From: a virus
Taxonomy: Duplodnaviria; Caudoviricetes
DNA length: 28,603 nucleotides
Virus record (IMG/VR): IMGVR_UViG_3300011334_000063
Span: 1-28,603 of that record
Reading direction: 5' to 3' (one strand)
Shown in pieces: positions 15,813 to 25,593 of the stretch. Below the pieces are notes generated by a model. The model was not told the origin of the DNA, searched no databases, and worked only from the letters and a program-made list of their open reading frames with translations. The translations under genes were made by a program, and so were the position numbers. How positions within the stretch are numbered: position 1 is the stretch's first letter; every line of letters begins with the position of its first letter.

Positions 15813-17874
15813 TGACTTAGTTGAAATTGGTATTAACGTAAAAAGCAATGCTGATGCTGCCTATAAAGGTCTTAATACCTTAAATGGAGCGGTTGTAAAT
15901 TCTATCAAATCTGCTGAAAGACTAGAGAAGAATTATGCACTCTTGGACAAAGCTGTTGCAAAGAAAAAGATAACCCTTGAGCAATATGCAAAAGGTGTGC
16001 AACAAACAGATGCTGCAATAGCAAGTCTACAACAACGCATGAATGATAGTTCTGTGGCAGTCCAAAACTACGGAAGGCACGTTAATCAGGCCAAAGGTTA
16101 CACAAATCAGCTAGGCTTGGTTACACAGCAATTTGGTTATCAAGTGGGTGACTTAGCAGTTCAAGTTCAATCTGGGACTAACTTTTTTGTTGCTTTCGGA
16201 CAACAGGCTACCCAGCTTGTCGGTACATTTGCAATGCTATCTCAGTCTACAAAAATGATTGGGGTTTTCACTGCACTTGGGATAGCAATTCCAGTGATTA
16301 CTGGTATCCTTGCCTATATGACTAGGACTAAAGAAGAAACAGTTAAAACTGTAGACGCATTTCAAAAACTACGTGATGCTACTAAAGAACTCAATACTGA
16401 GCGTATGAAACTAAATGATCCGAAGTTTGATGAAAACCTAGTTGGGACAAGAGAAGAACTAGACAGACTAGCAAAAGCCTATGAAGACGCTGCAAAAAAA
16501 GCAGACGAACTAGCCCTAAAACAAAGCCTTTCTTATGGTCGAGGTGGGGCTGGTATTGCTGTTGCATCCATGCAAGCAAAATTAGCACAAGAGGCTGCTG
16601 ATGCTGCTGTAGAAAAGGCAAAAGCTGAACTCCATGCTTATCAACAAGAAGTCGGACTTGCTAAAGCGCGGGAGATGAATAACGCCCGTATTGATGCTCA
16701 AAACGAACAAGGTCTTCGTGACCTAGAAGCAAAGAGAGCTTTGGGCATTTCTATTCTGTCTACTATTATAGAGGAATCAAGAAAAAGGGCGGAGATCGCT
16801 AAGAGCATTGGGGAAGCGCACCTTGATGCACTAGGTCTCTCTACTGTAAATATCGAAGGTGGAATTAACAGGGCAGCAGAAGCAGCTAGAGTTCTTGCTT
16901 CAAATTTGGGCATCTCTTTATCTGCTGCTACAAATATGGTCAATCTGGCTGCTAGTGACAGGTTAAAGCAACTTCAATTTGAGTTTTCCGCTGGCGGACA
17001 AGCCATGCAAAGATATGGCTCTCGTGGTGCTAATGTTGGTGCAGGTATGCCCATGATTGGCCCAGATGGTATCCCAATGTTGCCAAGCACAGGTAACGGC
17101 GGTGGTGGTGGCGGGGGTGTTGCTAGTCCAGATGCTCTTGAAGCACTTCTAAAGAGAGTAGAACTTGAGAAAGAACTGCTTGGTACATCAGAAGCGTATA
17201 AAGAGGTTATGCAAGCCATTAAAGGCTCTGATAGGGAATATTCTGAGGCATCTATTCAAAATGCTGTAGCTCGTCTAGAAGCTGTTAACAAAGAAAAAGA
17301 AGCTCTGCGACAAATGGAGTCTCTGCAACAAAGCGTGGCTGATACTATCGGTGATGGTTTTATGTCTATGGTAGATGGCACAAAGAGTGTCAAGGATGCC
17401 TTTAGAGATATGGCTCGTAACATTATCAGACAGTTGTATGATGTCCTTGTTGTACAGCGTCTTGTTGGTAATGTACAGAGTGGAACTGGTATTGCAGGTT
17501 TCCTTGGTAAACTATTTGCAGATGGTGGCGCTTTCAGTGCTGGTCGTCAAATCCAAGCTTATGCTAATGGTGGTGTTGTTGGTGGCCCTACTTACTTCCC
17601 TATGGCTGGCGGTAAAACTGGTCTAATGGGAGAAGCTGGCCCAGAAGCTATCATGCCACTCAAGCGTGGCAGAGGTGGTAAACTTGGTGTTTCTGTCGAG
17701 GGTGCTTCTGGTTCTGTTGTTGTCAATAATAATATCAATGTAAGTGGTGGCTCTGATCCTGCCGCTATTCGTGCTGAAGTGGCGAAACTTATGCCACAGA
17801 TCACAAGTGCTACTAAGAGTGCTGTTATTGATGCTCGTAGACGTGGTGGACAAATGAAAGCCGCCTTCTCATAA
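15805..17874 (+). CDS. Tail tape measure protein (689 aa)
   Basis: Start at ATG 15805 (SD GGGGGTGG); lambda-type GYQ..D..VQ N-domain and A.GGVV..PT...GLMGEAGPEAIMPL C-domain. Confidence 0.93.
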   Translation: MANDLVEIGINVKSNADAAYKGLNTLNGAVVNSIKSAERLEKNYALLDKAVAKKKITLEQYAKGVQQTDAAIASLQQRMNDSSVAVQNYGRHVNQAKGYTNQLGLVTQQFGYQVGDLAVQVQSGTNFFVAFGQQATQLVGTFAMLSQSTKMIGVFTALGIAIPVITGILAYMTRTKEETVKTVDAFQKLRDATKELNTERMKLNDPKFDENLVGTREELDRLAKAYEDAAKKADELALKQSLSYGRGGAGIAVASMQAKLAQEAADAAVEKAKAELHAYQQEVGLAKAREMNNARIDAQNEQGLRDLEAKRALGISILSTIIEESRKRAEIAKSIGEAHLDALGLSTVNIEGGINRAAEAARVLASNLGISLSAATNMVNLAASDRLKQLQFEFSAGGQAMQRYGSRGANVGAGMPMIGPDGIPMLPSTGNGGGGGGGVASPDALEALLKRVELEKELLGTSEAYKEVMQAIKGSDREYSEASIQNAVARLEAVNKEKEALRQMESLQQSVADTIGDGFMSMVDGTKSVKDAFRDMARNIIRQLYDVLVVQRLVGNVQSGTGIAGFLGKLFADGGAFSAGRQIQAYANGGVVGGPTYFPMAGGKTGLMGEAGPEAIMPLKRGRGGKLGVSVEGASGSVVVNNNINVSGGSDPAAIRAEVAKLMPQITSATKSAVIDARRRGGQMKAAFS

Positions 17875-17887
17875 AAGGATAATTACT

Positions 17888-18472
17888 TTGGCTATTACTT
17901 ACCCATTGACGCTACCTACTTCTATTGGTATTGCTGAAATAACACTGTATGCTAACAATGCCGTTGCAATTAGTCAATCTCCCTTTACTTTCCAGCAGCA
18001 AATTATTCAACATGCTGGTCAAAGGTGGACAGCTTCGGTCTCTATTCCACCAGTACGTAGAGACTTAGCTGAACCTTGGAATGCTTTCTTATTGGCTCTG
18101 AATGGGCCTGTAGGAACCTTCCTCTTAGGAGACCCTAACGCTAAGGCCCCTAGGGGAACAGCCTCTACAGCCACGCTTACAGGGACTGCTGGATCATCTA
18201 GCCCTACGATCACTATGACAGGTACTTTGCTGGCTGGTGACTATATCCAACTTGGTTCTGGCAGTACAGCAACTCTACATAAAGTTCTTGTTGATCGAAG
18301 TGGTAGCGGAACCTTAGAGATTTGGCCTAAACTTCGTTCTTCTGTGACAGGCGCTACTGTAACACTAAGTAATACTGTTGGCAGGTTCCGCCTGTCTAGT
18401 GGTCAGCAATCATTCAGCATCGACAGTGCCAGTAGTTATGGCATTAGTTTTGATTGTGTAGAGGCAGTTTAA
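17888..18472 (+). CDS. Distal tail protein (Dit-like)
   Basis: TTG start with SD AAGGA; SPFT..QQ...G.RW motif; follows the tape measure gene. Confidence 0.75.
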   Translation: MAITYPLTLPTSIGIAEITLYANNAVAISQSPFTFQQQIIQHAGQRWTASVSIPPVRRDLAEPWNAFLLALNGPVGTFLLGDPNAKAPRGTASTATLTGTAGSSSPTITMTGTLLAGDYIQLGSGSTATLHKVLVDRSGSGTLEIWPKLRSSVTGATVTLSNTVGRFRLSSGQQSFSIDSASSYGISFDCVEAV

Positions 18473-18473
18473 T

Positions 18474-19028
18474 ATGAGCAGGGATATTACTACATCAGTA
18501 CTTAATTCCCTTGATGATAGCGTTATTACCCCATTCTTTGCTGTTGACTTAGATTTTGATAGCGCACCCTTGTACGTTTGGTCTGGTTATGGGGATTTGA
18601 TTATTGGGGCTAAAACTTACATTGGAACTGGTGAACTCCTTAACATATCTTCTGTATCAGAGACCACTGAAATGGAAGCTAAAGGTGCAACAATTACTAT
18701 GTCTGGGATACCTTCTAGGTTCCTTTCCTTTGCTTTACAAGAACCTTACCAAGGGCGGGAGTGTCGTATTTACTTTGGGATAACTAACAGTCCATCTGAT
18801 TATGTAGAAGTGTTTTCTGGTGAACTAGACCAAATGAATATAGAAGAACAAGTGGAAACGGCTAATATCTCCGTTACTGCTGAGAACGTATTAGTTAAAC
18901 TAGAACGTCCAGTCGTAAGAAGATTTACTAATGAAGACCAGAAGTCTCGTTTTCCTAGTGATCGTGGCCTAGAGTATGTAGCTTCATTGCAGGATAAAGA
19001 AATCTTTTGGGGGAGAGTAGCTAAGTGA
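18474..19028 (+). CDS. Tail tip/baseplate hub protein (gpL-like)
   Basis: WSG.G...Y.G.G; FSG.LD; DQ..RFP.D.G motifs; synteny. Confidence 0.75.
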   Translation: MSRDITTSVLNSLDDSVITPFFAVDLDFDSAPLYVWSGYGDLIIGAKTYIGTGELLNISSVSETTEMEAKGATITMSGIPSRFLSFALQEPYQGRECRIYFGITNSPSDYVEVFSGELDQMNIEEQVETANISVTAENVLVKLERPVVRRFTNEDQKSRFPSDRGLEYVASLQDKEIFWGRVAK

Positions 19029-19477
19029 TAACATATCAACAAGAATCTTTAGCTACTTGTAAAGCAGACGCTATCCCTTTGTTAGAAAAACATTGGGAAG
19101 AAATAGCTCTTAACAAGGAAAAGATTAAGTTAAATCCAGATTGGAAAGCCTATGCTGATCTAGAGGATGCAGATATACTCAAGATTTTTACTGCTAGAGA
19201 AGACGGAAAAAAACTTGTTGGTTATTTTGTTGTATTTGTAAAAGCCCATATCCACTATAAAGATCACTTGTTTGCTTACAATGATATTCTTTTTGTTGAC
19301 GAAGATTATCGTAAGGGTTTTACTAGTGTCAGACTTATGAAGTTTGCCGAGAAATGTTTGAAAGTAGATGGTGTAGAAGTTATGGTCGTCAACACAAAAA
19401 GACATAAACCTTTTGATTCTCTACTCATTTGGTTAGGGTATAAACACGTAGAAAATCTTTACTCAAAGGTGTTGTAA
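19025..19477 (+). CDS. GNAT-family acetyltransferase-like protein
   Basis: LVGYF strand, D.LFV..DYRKG acetyl-CoA-binding motif A, LGY C-terminus; GTGA-coupled. Confidence 0.75.
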   Translation: MITYQQESLATCKADAIPLLEKHWEEIALNKEKIKLNPDWKAYADLEDADILKIFTAREDGKKLVGYFVVFVKAHIHYKDHLFAYNDILFVDEDYRKGFTSVRLMKFAEKCLKVDGVEVMVVNTKRHKPFDSLLIWLGYKHVENLYSKVL

Positions 19478-22311
19478 TGGCAGTATCAGCAATAATAGCA
19501 GCCCTATCAACTGGGGCAACTGTTTTTACTGGGGGGGCTTTGTTTGGAGGCTCAATTTTAACCACCTTTTTGGTAAGAACTGCTATGGGCGCTGCGCTTA
19601 ATGCGCTTACACCTAAAGCTAAAACTAGTGGTGGTGGTGGCTCTAGCGGTGGCTATAGTTTACGAGGAGACTCTGGATCGGCCCTAGATCATCAAATTAT
19701 TTATGGTGAAACTAAGGTTGGTGGTGTTCGTGTATATGATGCCTCTACGGGTGTTGATAATAAATTCTTACACAGGGTTATTGCTTTTTCTGGACACGAG
19801 ATTGATAGTTATAGACAGATTTATCTTAATGATGAACTTGTAACACTTGATGGTTCGGGCAATGTGACCTCTCCTTCTAGATACAATGGTTATGTACGTA
19901 TTAAGACCTATCTTGGTACAACAACACAAAATGCTGATCCCGATCTTATAGCAGAAACTTCAGGTTTATCTGATGGGGTCTGGACAACGAACCATAGGTT
20001 ACAGGGTATATCTTATATTTATGTTAGGTTTACCTATAATCAAGACGCTTTTCCTAATGGCTTACCTTCTGTATCTGCTACTATTCGTGGGAAAAAGGTT
20101 TATAATCCTGCAACCAATACTACTGCTTGGAGTGATAATCCTGCTTTATGTCTGAGAGATTACCTGACCTCTGCTTATGGATTAAATCAAGACGCTTCTC
20201 GGATTGACGATGAACTTGTAAGTACTGCTGTTACCATATGCGATCAAATAGTGTATGATCAAAAGAGATATACTTGTAATGGAGCATTTATTACAGGTGT
20301 TCAACCAGCCTCAATTCTGAATGATTTGTTGACCTCAATGGGAGGTTTATTGTGGTATGGTCAAGGTAAGTGGCGCATGAAAGCCTCTACTTGGACTGAA
20401 CCAACTGTGTCTTTTGACGAAAATGACTTGCGCTCTGGGATTTCTTTATCAACTAGACATTCTCGCAGAGACAATTTTAATTCTGTAAAAGGTACATTTA
20501 GGGGAGCAGAGAGCGATTGGCAAGCAGCAGACTATCCAGAGGTCAGTGACCCTGTATTTTTGGCCGCTGATAATGGGCTAGTAAACGTATTAGATTTTAC
20601 CCTGCCTTTTACTTCATCTAGTGCTACAGCACAAAGAATCGCTCGTATTGCCCTTAATCGTAATAGAGAACAATTAACCTTTAGTGCTTCTTTTGGTATT
20701 AAAGCCTTTCAAGTTCAAGTTGGGGATTTTGTTTATATCAATAACCAAAGATTTGGCTGGACTAATAAGCCCTTTGAAGTAATAGAGTGGACTTTTGGCC
20801 TAACTGAAGACCTTGATGTTCAAACCCAGATGACGCTTAGAGAGATCAGTCAAGGGGTCTTTACTTCAACAGAACCTTCTGTTTTTGAGAGTAATAACAC
20901 TACCCTTCCAGACCCTTTTACTCCAACTACTGTTGGGGTTTCTTTGAGCGATGAACTCAGGATTATTAACGAACAAGTCTTTGGGGTGCTAAAGATTGAT
21001 ATTACATTTAGCGACCCAAGTGTAGATTATGTAGAGGTCGAGTATAAGCTATCTTCGGACAGTAATTTTGTTAGCCTTGGCAGATTTTCCACAGGAAAGG
21101 CGGAAATTATTGGTGTTGTAGATGCTTTCTACGATGTACGAGCTAGAGCAGTAAACTTTTTTAATGTACGTGGGCCTTGGAATACAATTTCTAACTGGTT
21201 TGTTTCACCATTCATTGACCCTCCATCAGATGTAGAGAACTTCTCTGCTAACGTGGTTGGAAATTCCCTGCACTTAACTTGGACAGCCGCCCCTGATCTA
21301 GACCTTTCTCACTATAGAATCAGATATTCTAAAGAGACCCTTGGGGCAACTTATTCAAATGGTGTGGATGTAACTAGCAAAGTCTCTCGTCCAGCCACAA
21401 GTGTTGTTGTTCCCGCCAAGACAGGTACTTATTTTATTCGTGCTTATGATAAGTTAGGTAATGGGAGTTTAACACCAACCTCTGTTGTTGTCATAACAGA
21501 CACAGCAAACATTGATAATCTTAATGTCGTAGCTACTCTCACAGAAAACCCAACTTTCTCTGGAATTAAGACAAACCTAGCTGTTTCAGAAATCTCTGGT
21601 ATCCCTTCTCTTATTTTAACTAGCGTTACACTTTTTGATAGTACAACTGGAGACTTTGATTCTGCCTTGGGGCTATTTGATTTTGGTAGTGAATTAGTTG
21701 GCTCTGGTTATTATGAGTTTGCTAATTATATTGATCTTGGGGCTAAATATGTATCTCGTGTCTCTACTGATATTGGGCTTACTCTGGCAAGTTATAGTAA
21801 TACGTTTGATACTACAACTGGAGATTTCGATGCTCGTATAGGTCTATTCGATGGTGACCCTAATAACTTTGATAACACTTCTGTAATCATGCAGTTTGCT
21901 TATACAAATGATGACCCTTCTGGTATGCCTAATTGGAGTGCTTGGCAAGATTTCTTTGTAGCAGATGTTACTGCAAGAGCTATCAAATTTAGGGCAAAAC
22001 TTTTATCTTCTGACAATAGTTCAAGCCCTGCAATTACTGGGTTATCAGTGACTGTGGATATGCCTGATCGGGTAGAAGCTCAAAGTGACCTTAGTTTTAC
22101 TGGTACGATTAATATAACATTCCCCAGCCCTTTTAAAGCAGCACCTGCTATTGGTCTTTCTCTAGCTAACCTACAAAATGGGCAAAGGTATGCTATCACC
22201 AGTAAAACTGCTTCTGGATTTTCTCTAACTGTGTATGACAGTGGTGGTACTGTAGCTACAAACACAGTAACACTCGACTATGTGGCTAAAGGCTACGGAA
22301 AAGGACTTTAA
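19477..22311 (+). CDS. Tail tip/central fibre protein (lambda gpJ-like, FN3 domains)
   Basis: IIYGE..VGG, G.KVY.P...WSDNPALC..DYL, FN3-like YDVRARAVN and GTYFIRAYD..GN.S. Confidence 0.9.
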   Translation: MAVSAIIAALSTGATVFTGGALFGGSILTTFLVRTAMGAALNALTPKAKTSGGGGSSGGYSLRGDSGSALDHQIIYGETKVGGVRVYDASTGVDNKFLHRVIAFSGHEIDSYRQIYLNDELVTLDGSGNVTSPSRYNGYVRIKTYLGTTTQNADPDLIAETSGLSDGVWTTNHRLQGISYIYVRFTYNQDAFPNGLPSVSATIRGKKVYNPATNTTAWSDNPALCLRDYLTSAYGLNQDASRIDDELVSTAVTICDQIVYDQKRYTCNGAFITGVQPASILNDLLTSMGGLLWYGQGKWRMKASTWTEPTVSFDENDLRSGISLSTRHSRRDNFNSVKGTFRGAESDWQAADYPEVSDPVFLAADNGLVNVLDFTLPFTSSSATAQRIARIALNRNREQLTFSASFGIKAFQVQVGDFVYINNQRFGWTNKPFEVIEWTFGLTEDLDVQTQMTLREISQGVFTSTEPSVFESNNTTLPDPFTPTTVGVSLSDELRIINEQVFGVLKIDITFSDPSVDYVEVEYKLSSDSNFVSLGRFSTGKAEIIGVVDAFYDVRARAVNFFNVRGPWNTISNWFVSPFIDPPSDVENFSANVVGNSLHLTWTAAPDLDLSHYRIRYSKETLGATYSNGVDVTSKVSRPATSVVVPAKTGTYFIRAYDKLGNGSLTPTSVVVITDTANIDNLNVVATLTENPTFSGIKTNLAVSEISGIPSLILTSVTLFDSTTGDFDSALGLFDFGSELVGSGYYEFANYIDLGAKYVSRVSTDIGLTLASYSNTFDTTTGDFDARIGLFDGDPNNFDNTSVIMQFAYTNDDPSGMPNWSAWQDFFVADVTARAIKFRAKLLSSDNSSSPAITGLSVTVDMPDRVEAQSDLSFTGTINITFPSPFKAAPAIGLSLANLQNGQRYAITSKTASGFSLTVYDSGGTVATNTVTLDYVAKGYGKGL

Positions 22312-22313
22312 AA

Positions 22314-23648
22314 ATGAGCCAACATGACTTCAATATTGCCAACCAAGGCTTCCCAGCTTTTCGTACAGACTTAAACAATGGTCTTACTGCATTGGCAACA
22401 AATTCTTCGGGTGCAACTGCGCCTTCGACTACTTATGCTTATCAGTGGTGGTACGATACTACTACTAATATTCTAAAAATGCGTAATGCGGATAATGATG
22501 CTTGGATTAACTTTGCCAATTTTGATCAAGTTAATGACCTTTGGTCTGTGACCTCTCTTAGAGCTACAACAGAAGTCAGAACTCCTGCTGTTCTTGATGC
22601 TACAGGTGGTAACACAGCCACGATCAACGGCATTCCGCTGCGCCCTGGCGTTCTGGACCCTGAAAACCGCATCATCAACGGGGCCTTCGACTTCTGGCAG
22701 CGGGGGACGAGTTTCACAACTGCGGTGTATGGGGCTGATCGCTGGCTTAATTCGCTAAGCGGCGGCACGGTGACTATGTCGCGTCAATCCTTCACTGTCG
22801 GGGATACGCTGGGCAATAACAGCCCGACATTCTTTCTGCGCCAGTCCACGAGCGGGCAGACACTGGCCTCGCACTTTGCGTTAACGCAGCAACGCATTGA
22901 GGGCGTAAGAGCATATGCAGGCCAAACCATCACGATACTCGGTTGGGCGCGCCGATCATCTGGCACAGGTAATATGGCCATCGAAATGTCGCAGAGTTTT
23001 GGTACGGGCGGCTCTCCTTCCGCCGATGTGACAGGCACTGGCCAGACAGTCACGCTCACGTCATCGTGGGCGGCATTTGCCGTGACCATTGCCGTGCCAT
23101 CCATCACAGGAAAGACGCTAGGATCAAACGGGAATGACTACCTCGCGGCCAATTTCTGGACATCCGCAGGGTCAAACTTTAACGCCCGTACCAACTCCCT
23201 CGGCCTGCAAACTATCGGCGTTGACCTGTGGGGCATCCACATCAAGCAGGGTACGCACACTGTTGCGGCGGCTGATCTTTATCGCCAGCCTGAACTGGGG
23301 ACTGAGTTGGCACGGTGTCAGCGGTATTATACTTCGTGGGGCGGAACCACCGTATATGAAAGGATTGGCTTAGGTCAGGTCGTTAGTAATGTAGCTGCAA
23401 CCGTTTTTCTTACACCACCCATGACTATGCGGGGAACGCCCGCGCTTTCTACAAGCGGTTCGCTTGCGCTTATTGCAGCTAATGGGAGCGTTGCCCCCGC
23501 GACATCAACCGTAGGTGACGGGATAACTCCTTATTTAACTACCATTTTTGTAAATGCGTCTGGCGGGGGCCTTACCGCAGGAAATGCAACGCAATTTGTG
23601 ACGAACAATAATACGACCGCGCGACTGGCGTTGGATAGCGAGCTATGA
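22314..23648 (+). CDS. Tail fibre/receptor-binding protein
   Basis: SQHD..I.NQ.FP.FR.DLN anchor; NRIING.FD.WQRG and ELARCQRYY motifs. Confidence 0.85.
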   Translation: MSQHDFNIANQGFPAFRTDLNNGLTALATNSSGATAPSTTYAYQWWYDTTTNILKMRNADNDAWINFANFDQVNDLWSVTSLRATTEVRTPAVLDATGGNTATINGIPLRPGVLDPENRIINGAFDFWQRGTSFTTAVYGADRWLNSLSGGTVTMSRQSFTVGDTLGNNSPTFFLRQSTSGQTLASHFALTQQRIEGVRAYAGQTITILGWARRSSGTGNMAIEMSQSFGTGGSPSADVTGTGQTVTLTSSWAAFAVTIAVPSITGKTLGSNGNDYLAANFWTSAGSNFNARTNSLGLQTIGVDLWGIHIKQGTHTVAAADLYRQPELGTELARCQRYYTSWGGTTVYERIGLGQVVSNVAATVFLTPPMTMRGTPALSTSGSLALIAANGSVAPATSTVGDGITPYLTTIFVNASGGGLTAGNATQFVTNNNTTARLALDSEL

Positions 23649-23872
23649 CCATGAACACCATCATCTCAGCCCAATACTGCAACGACAGCATTACGGGCCA
23701 ACCGTCCAGCATCCTTGCCACCATCGACGGCATCGAGTGGTCTATCCCCTTGGCGGCAGGCAATCGTCACTATGACGAGATCATGCGTCAGGTTGAAGCT
23801 GGTACGCTCGTAATCCAAGATGCAACACCAACTGAAACGATAAAGCCACCTGAGACGAAACCTTCGCTCTAA
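23645..23872 (+). CDS. Small tail-fibre-associated protein
   Basis: ATGA-coupled to the fibre gene; IP...GNRHY.EI motif. Confidence 0.7.
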   Translation: MTMNTIISAQYCNDSITGQPSSILATIDGIEWSIPLAAGNRHYDEIMRQVEAGTLVIQDATPTETIKPPETKPSL

Positions 23873-23884
23873 GAATACCTAAAC

Positions 23885-23899
23885 TTAACTAAATTTTAA
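23885..23899. promoter_or_regulatory. CtrA-box-like motif TTAA-N7-TTAA abutting the endolysin RBS
   Basis: TTAA ctaaatt TTAA in the 36-bp gap before the endolysin gene. Confidence 0.35.
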
Positions 23900-23908
23900 G
23901 GGGCGATT

Positions 23909-24349
23909 ATGCGTATTAAAAACGTAGAGGCTATCAAAGAGCATGAAGACCTAAGACTAACTTCTTATCTACCAACAAAGAATGATGTTTGGACTATTGG
24001 TTGGGGTCATACAAAAAATGCTAAACCTAATATGACTATCACTGTTGCCCAAGCAGAGCAGTTTCTTAGGGAAGACCTAGCGTGGGTAGAAGACACTATC
24101 GACAGGCTAGTAAAGGTTCCCCTCACACAGAACCAGAGGGACGCTCTAGGCTCTCTGATCTTCAATATAGGTGGTGGGGCCTTCGCTGGGTCAACAGTGC
24201 TTCGTAGGCTAAATTTGGGGGACTACAAGGGGGCTGCTGATGCCTTCCTAATGTGGAACAAACAAAAAGATAAGCAAACTGGTAAGATGCTCCCACTCAG
24301 GGGCCTTACTATACGTAGGAAAAAAGAGAGAGACCTATTCAATGCCTGA
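23909..24349 (+). CDS. Endolysin, GH24 lysozyme
   Basis: HE.LRL..Y...WTIGWGHT, QNQ.DAL.S..FN.G, GL..RR..E..LF. Confidence 0.93.
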   Translation: MRIKNVEAIKEHEDLRLTSYLPTKNDVWTIGWGHTKNAKPNMTITVAQAEQFLREDLAWVEDTIDRLVKVPLTQNQRDALGSLIFNIGGGAFAGSTVLRRLNLGDYKGAADAFLMWNKQKDKQTGKMLPLRGLTIRRKKERDLFNA

Positions 24350-24599
24350 TGAACCTTGGCACTTATCTAAGAGCGTACCCCTAACACTGATCTTTGCCAT
24401 TGCATGTCAAACGGCTGCTATCATTTGGTTTGCCGCTTCTCTTAGAAATGACATTGACTCTAGCGCAGAGGACATTATCCGTCTTGATGCAAGAACCACT
24501 AGCCTTGAAAGCATCGTACAAACTCAAGCTATCACTCTAGCTAGAATAGACGAGAACATCAAGGGGATCAGAGAATATCTTGAAAGAGATAAACCATAG
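24342..24599 (+). CDS. Holin/antiholin-like membrane protein (one TM plus coiled coil)
   Basis: N-terminal TM segment, LARIDENIK coiled coil; within the lysis cassette. Confidence 0.6.
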   Translation: MPDEPWHLSKSVPLTLIFAIACQTAAIIWFAASLRNDIDSSAEDIIRLDARTTSLESIVQTQAITLARIDENIKGIREYLERDKP

Positions 24600-24608
24600 G
24601 TGATAATC

Positions 24609-24806
24609 GTGAGAAAGACATTCAAACGAGAAGTAGCAGTAATCCTTCTGTTATGGCTATTCTACGTTGTAGAGGTAAAAGATGCTAAAATTATTGAAAT
24701 TCTCGTTTGGCCCATCTTCACGTTTGTTACTGCTGCTTTTGGTCTTGACCAGTATAGCAAGCTGCGGGACAAGCCCACTGGGCCTTCTGACGGGAAGGGG
24801 AACTAA
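24609..24806 (+). CDS. Putative two-TM holin
   Basis: KTFKRE, two hydrophobic segments, AAFGLD; start GTG 24609 (or 24600). Confidence 0.6.
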   Translation: MRKTFKREVAVILLLWLFYVVEVKDAKIIEILVWPIFTFVTAAFGLDQYSKLRDKPTGPSDGKGN

Positions 24807-25071
24807 CGTAGCCGCCAATACCCAAGTGGGAAAGACTAATAGCCAGACTATTGGAACAACAAACAATACTGAACAGAAGTTAGAGTTTGATACGGCTGGT
24901 AGGGTATTTCAGTCTACAGACAATAACAGGGTTAAGACGGAATCAGTAGAGAATGTAACTGTCAATGAGACAAACCCTTGGGTGATCCTTCTGCTAGTAC
25001 TTGGTTGGTTGTTGCCTAGTCCCAATGAAATCGGTAGGTCTATCAGAAGTCTGCTCTCCCGTAAGAAATAA
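24682..25071 (+). CDS. Unimolecular spanin (T1 gp11-like)
   Basis: Signal peptide with lipobox IAS-C28, beta-rich periplasmic part (TQVGKTNSQ), C-terminal TM and basic tail. Confidence 0.8.
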   Translation: MLKLLKFSFGPSSRLLLLLLVLTSIASCGTSPLGLLTGRGTNVAANTQVGKTNSQTIGTTNNTEQKLEFDTAGRVFQSTDNNRVKTESVENVTVNETNPWVILLLVLGWLLPSPNEIGRSIRSLLSRKK

Positions 25072-25087
25072 CACTGCAATACAAATG

Positions 25088-25127
25088 AAAAAGCCGCGCC
25101 TAGGATCAAACCTAAGTGCGGCTTTTT
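25088..25127. terminator. Bidirectional intrinsic terminator
   Basis: AAAAAGCCGCGCCTAGG-ATCAAA-CCTAAGTGCGGCTTTTT between convergent genes. Confidence 0.9.
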
Positions 25128-25128
25128 G

Positions 25129-25593
25129 CTATTCTACTTCTTGGATCAGCCAACCTAGATAAACTTGGGCTTTCTTCAAGTCTTCTAGACCATTCTTGTA
25201 GCGCCAGCGATGCAAGTATTTAGCTATGTTACCTCGCAAGTACCCAATGTATTCTTCTTTAGTAAGGGAGTCTTTGATATAGTCGATAGCCTCAATCTTA
25301 CCTTGACCATAGTGTGATGGACTATTCACATTGTCAACAGTATCGTCAATATCTGGATAATTAAAATACCCAAGGTTCATAGCGGGTTCCCCATCATAAG
25401 GCTTAAAATGGTTATCCCATGAATCGAAGTTAGAACTCCACCAAATGTCTCCTTCTGTTAAGAGGGCATAAATAATTTTTCTCGCGCCATCGAGCACCTC
25501 TTTCACAGTGACTACATCTCCCTCGCGCACACTTGCACATAAAGGATAGTCTTCTTTAGCAACCCACAGGCTTCCTACTTCTACTTTACTCAT
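25129..25593 (-). CDS. DUF3310 (T7 gp1.7/SaV-like) domain protein, putative nucleotide kinase
   Basis: DNVNSPSHY...IEAID...GN..KY..R...KNG.EDLKKA..YL; ATGA overlap with phoH gives start 25593. Confidence 0.85.
   Translation of the reverse strand: MSKVEVGSLWVAKEDYPLCASVREGDVVTVKEVLDGARKIIYALLTEGDIWWSSNFDSWDNHFKPYDGEPAMNLGYFNYPDIDDTVDNVNSPSHYGQGKIEAIDYIKDSLTKEEYIGYLRGNIAKYLHRWRYKNGLEDLKKAQVYLGWLIQEVE

Noticed and set aside
22314-23648. Diversity-generating retroelement acting on the tail fibre
   Set aside because: No reverse transcriptase and no TR/VR pair with adenine-specific differences seen in the window.
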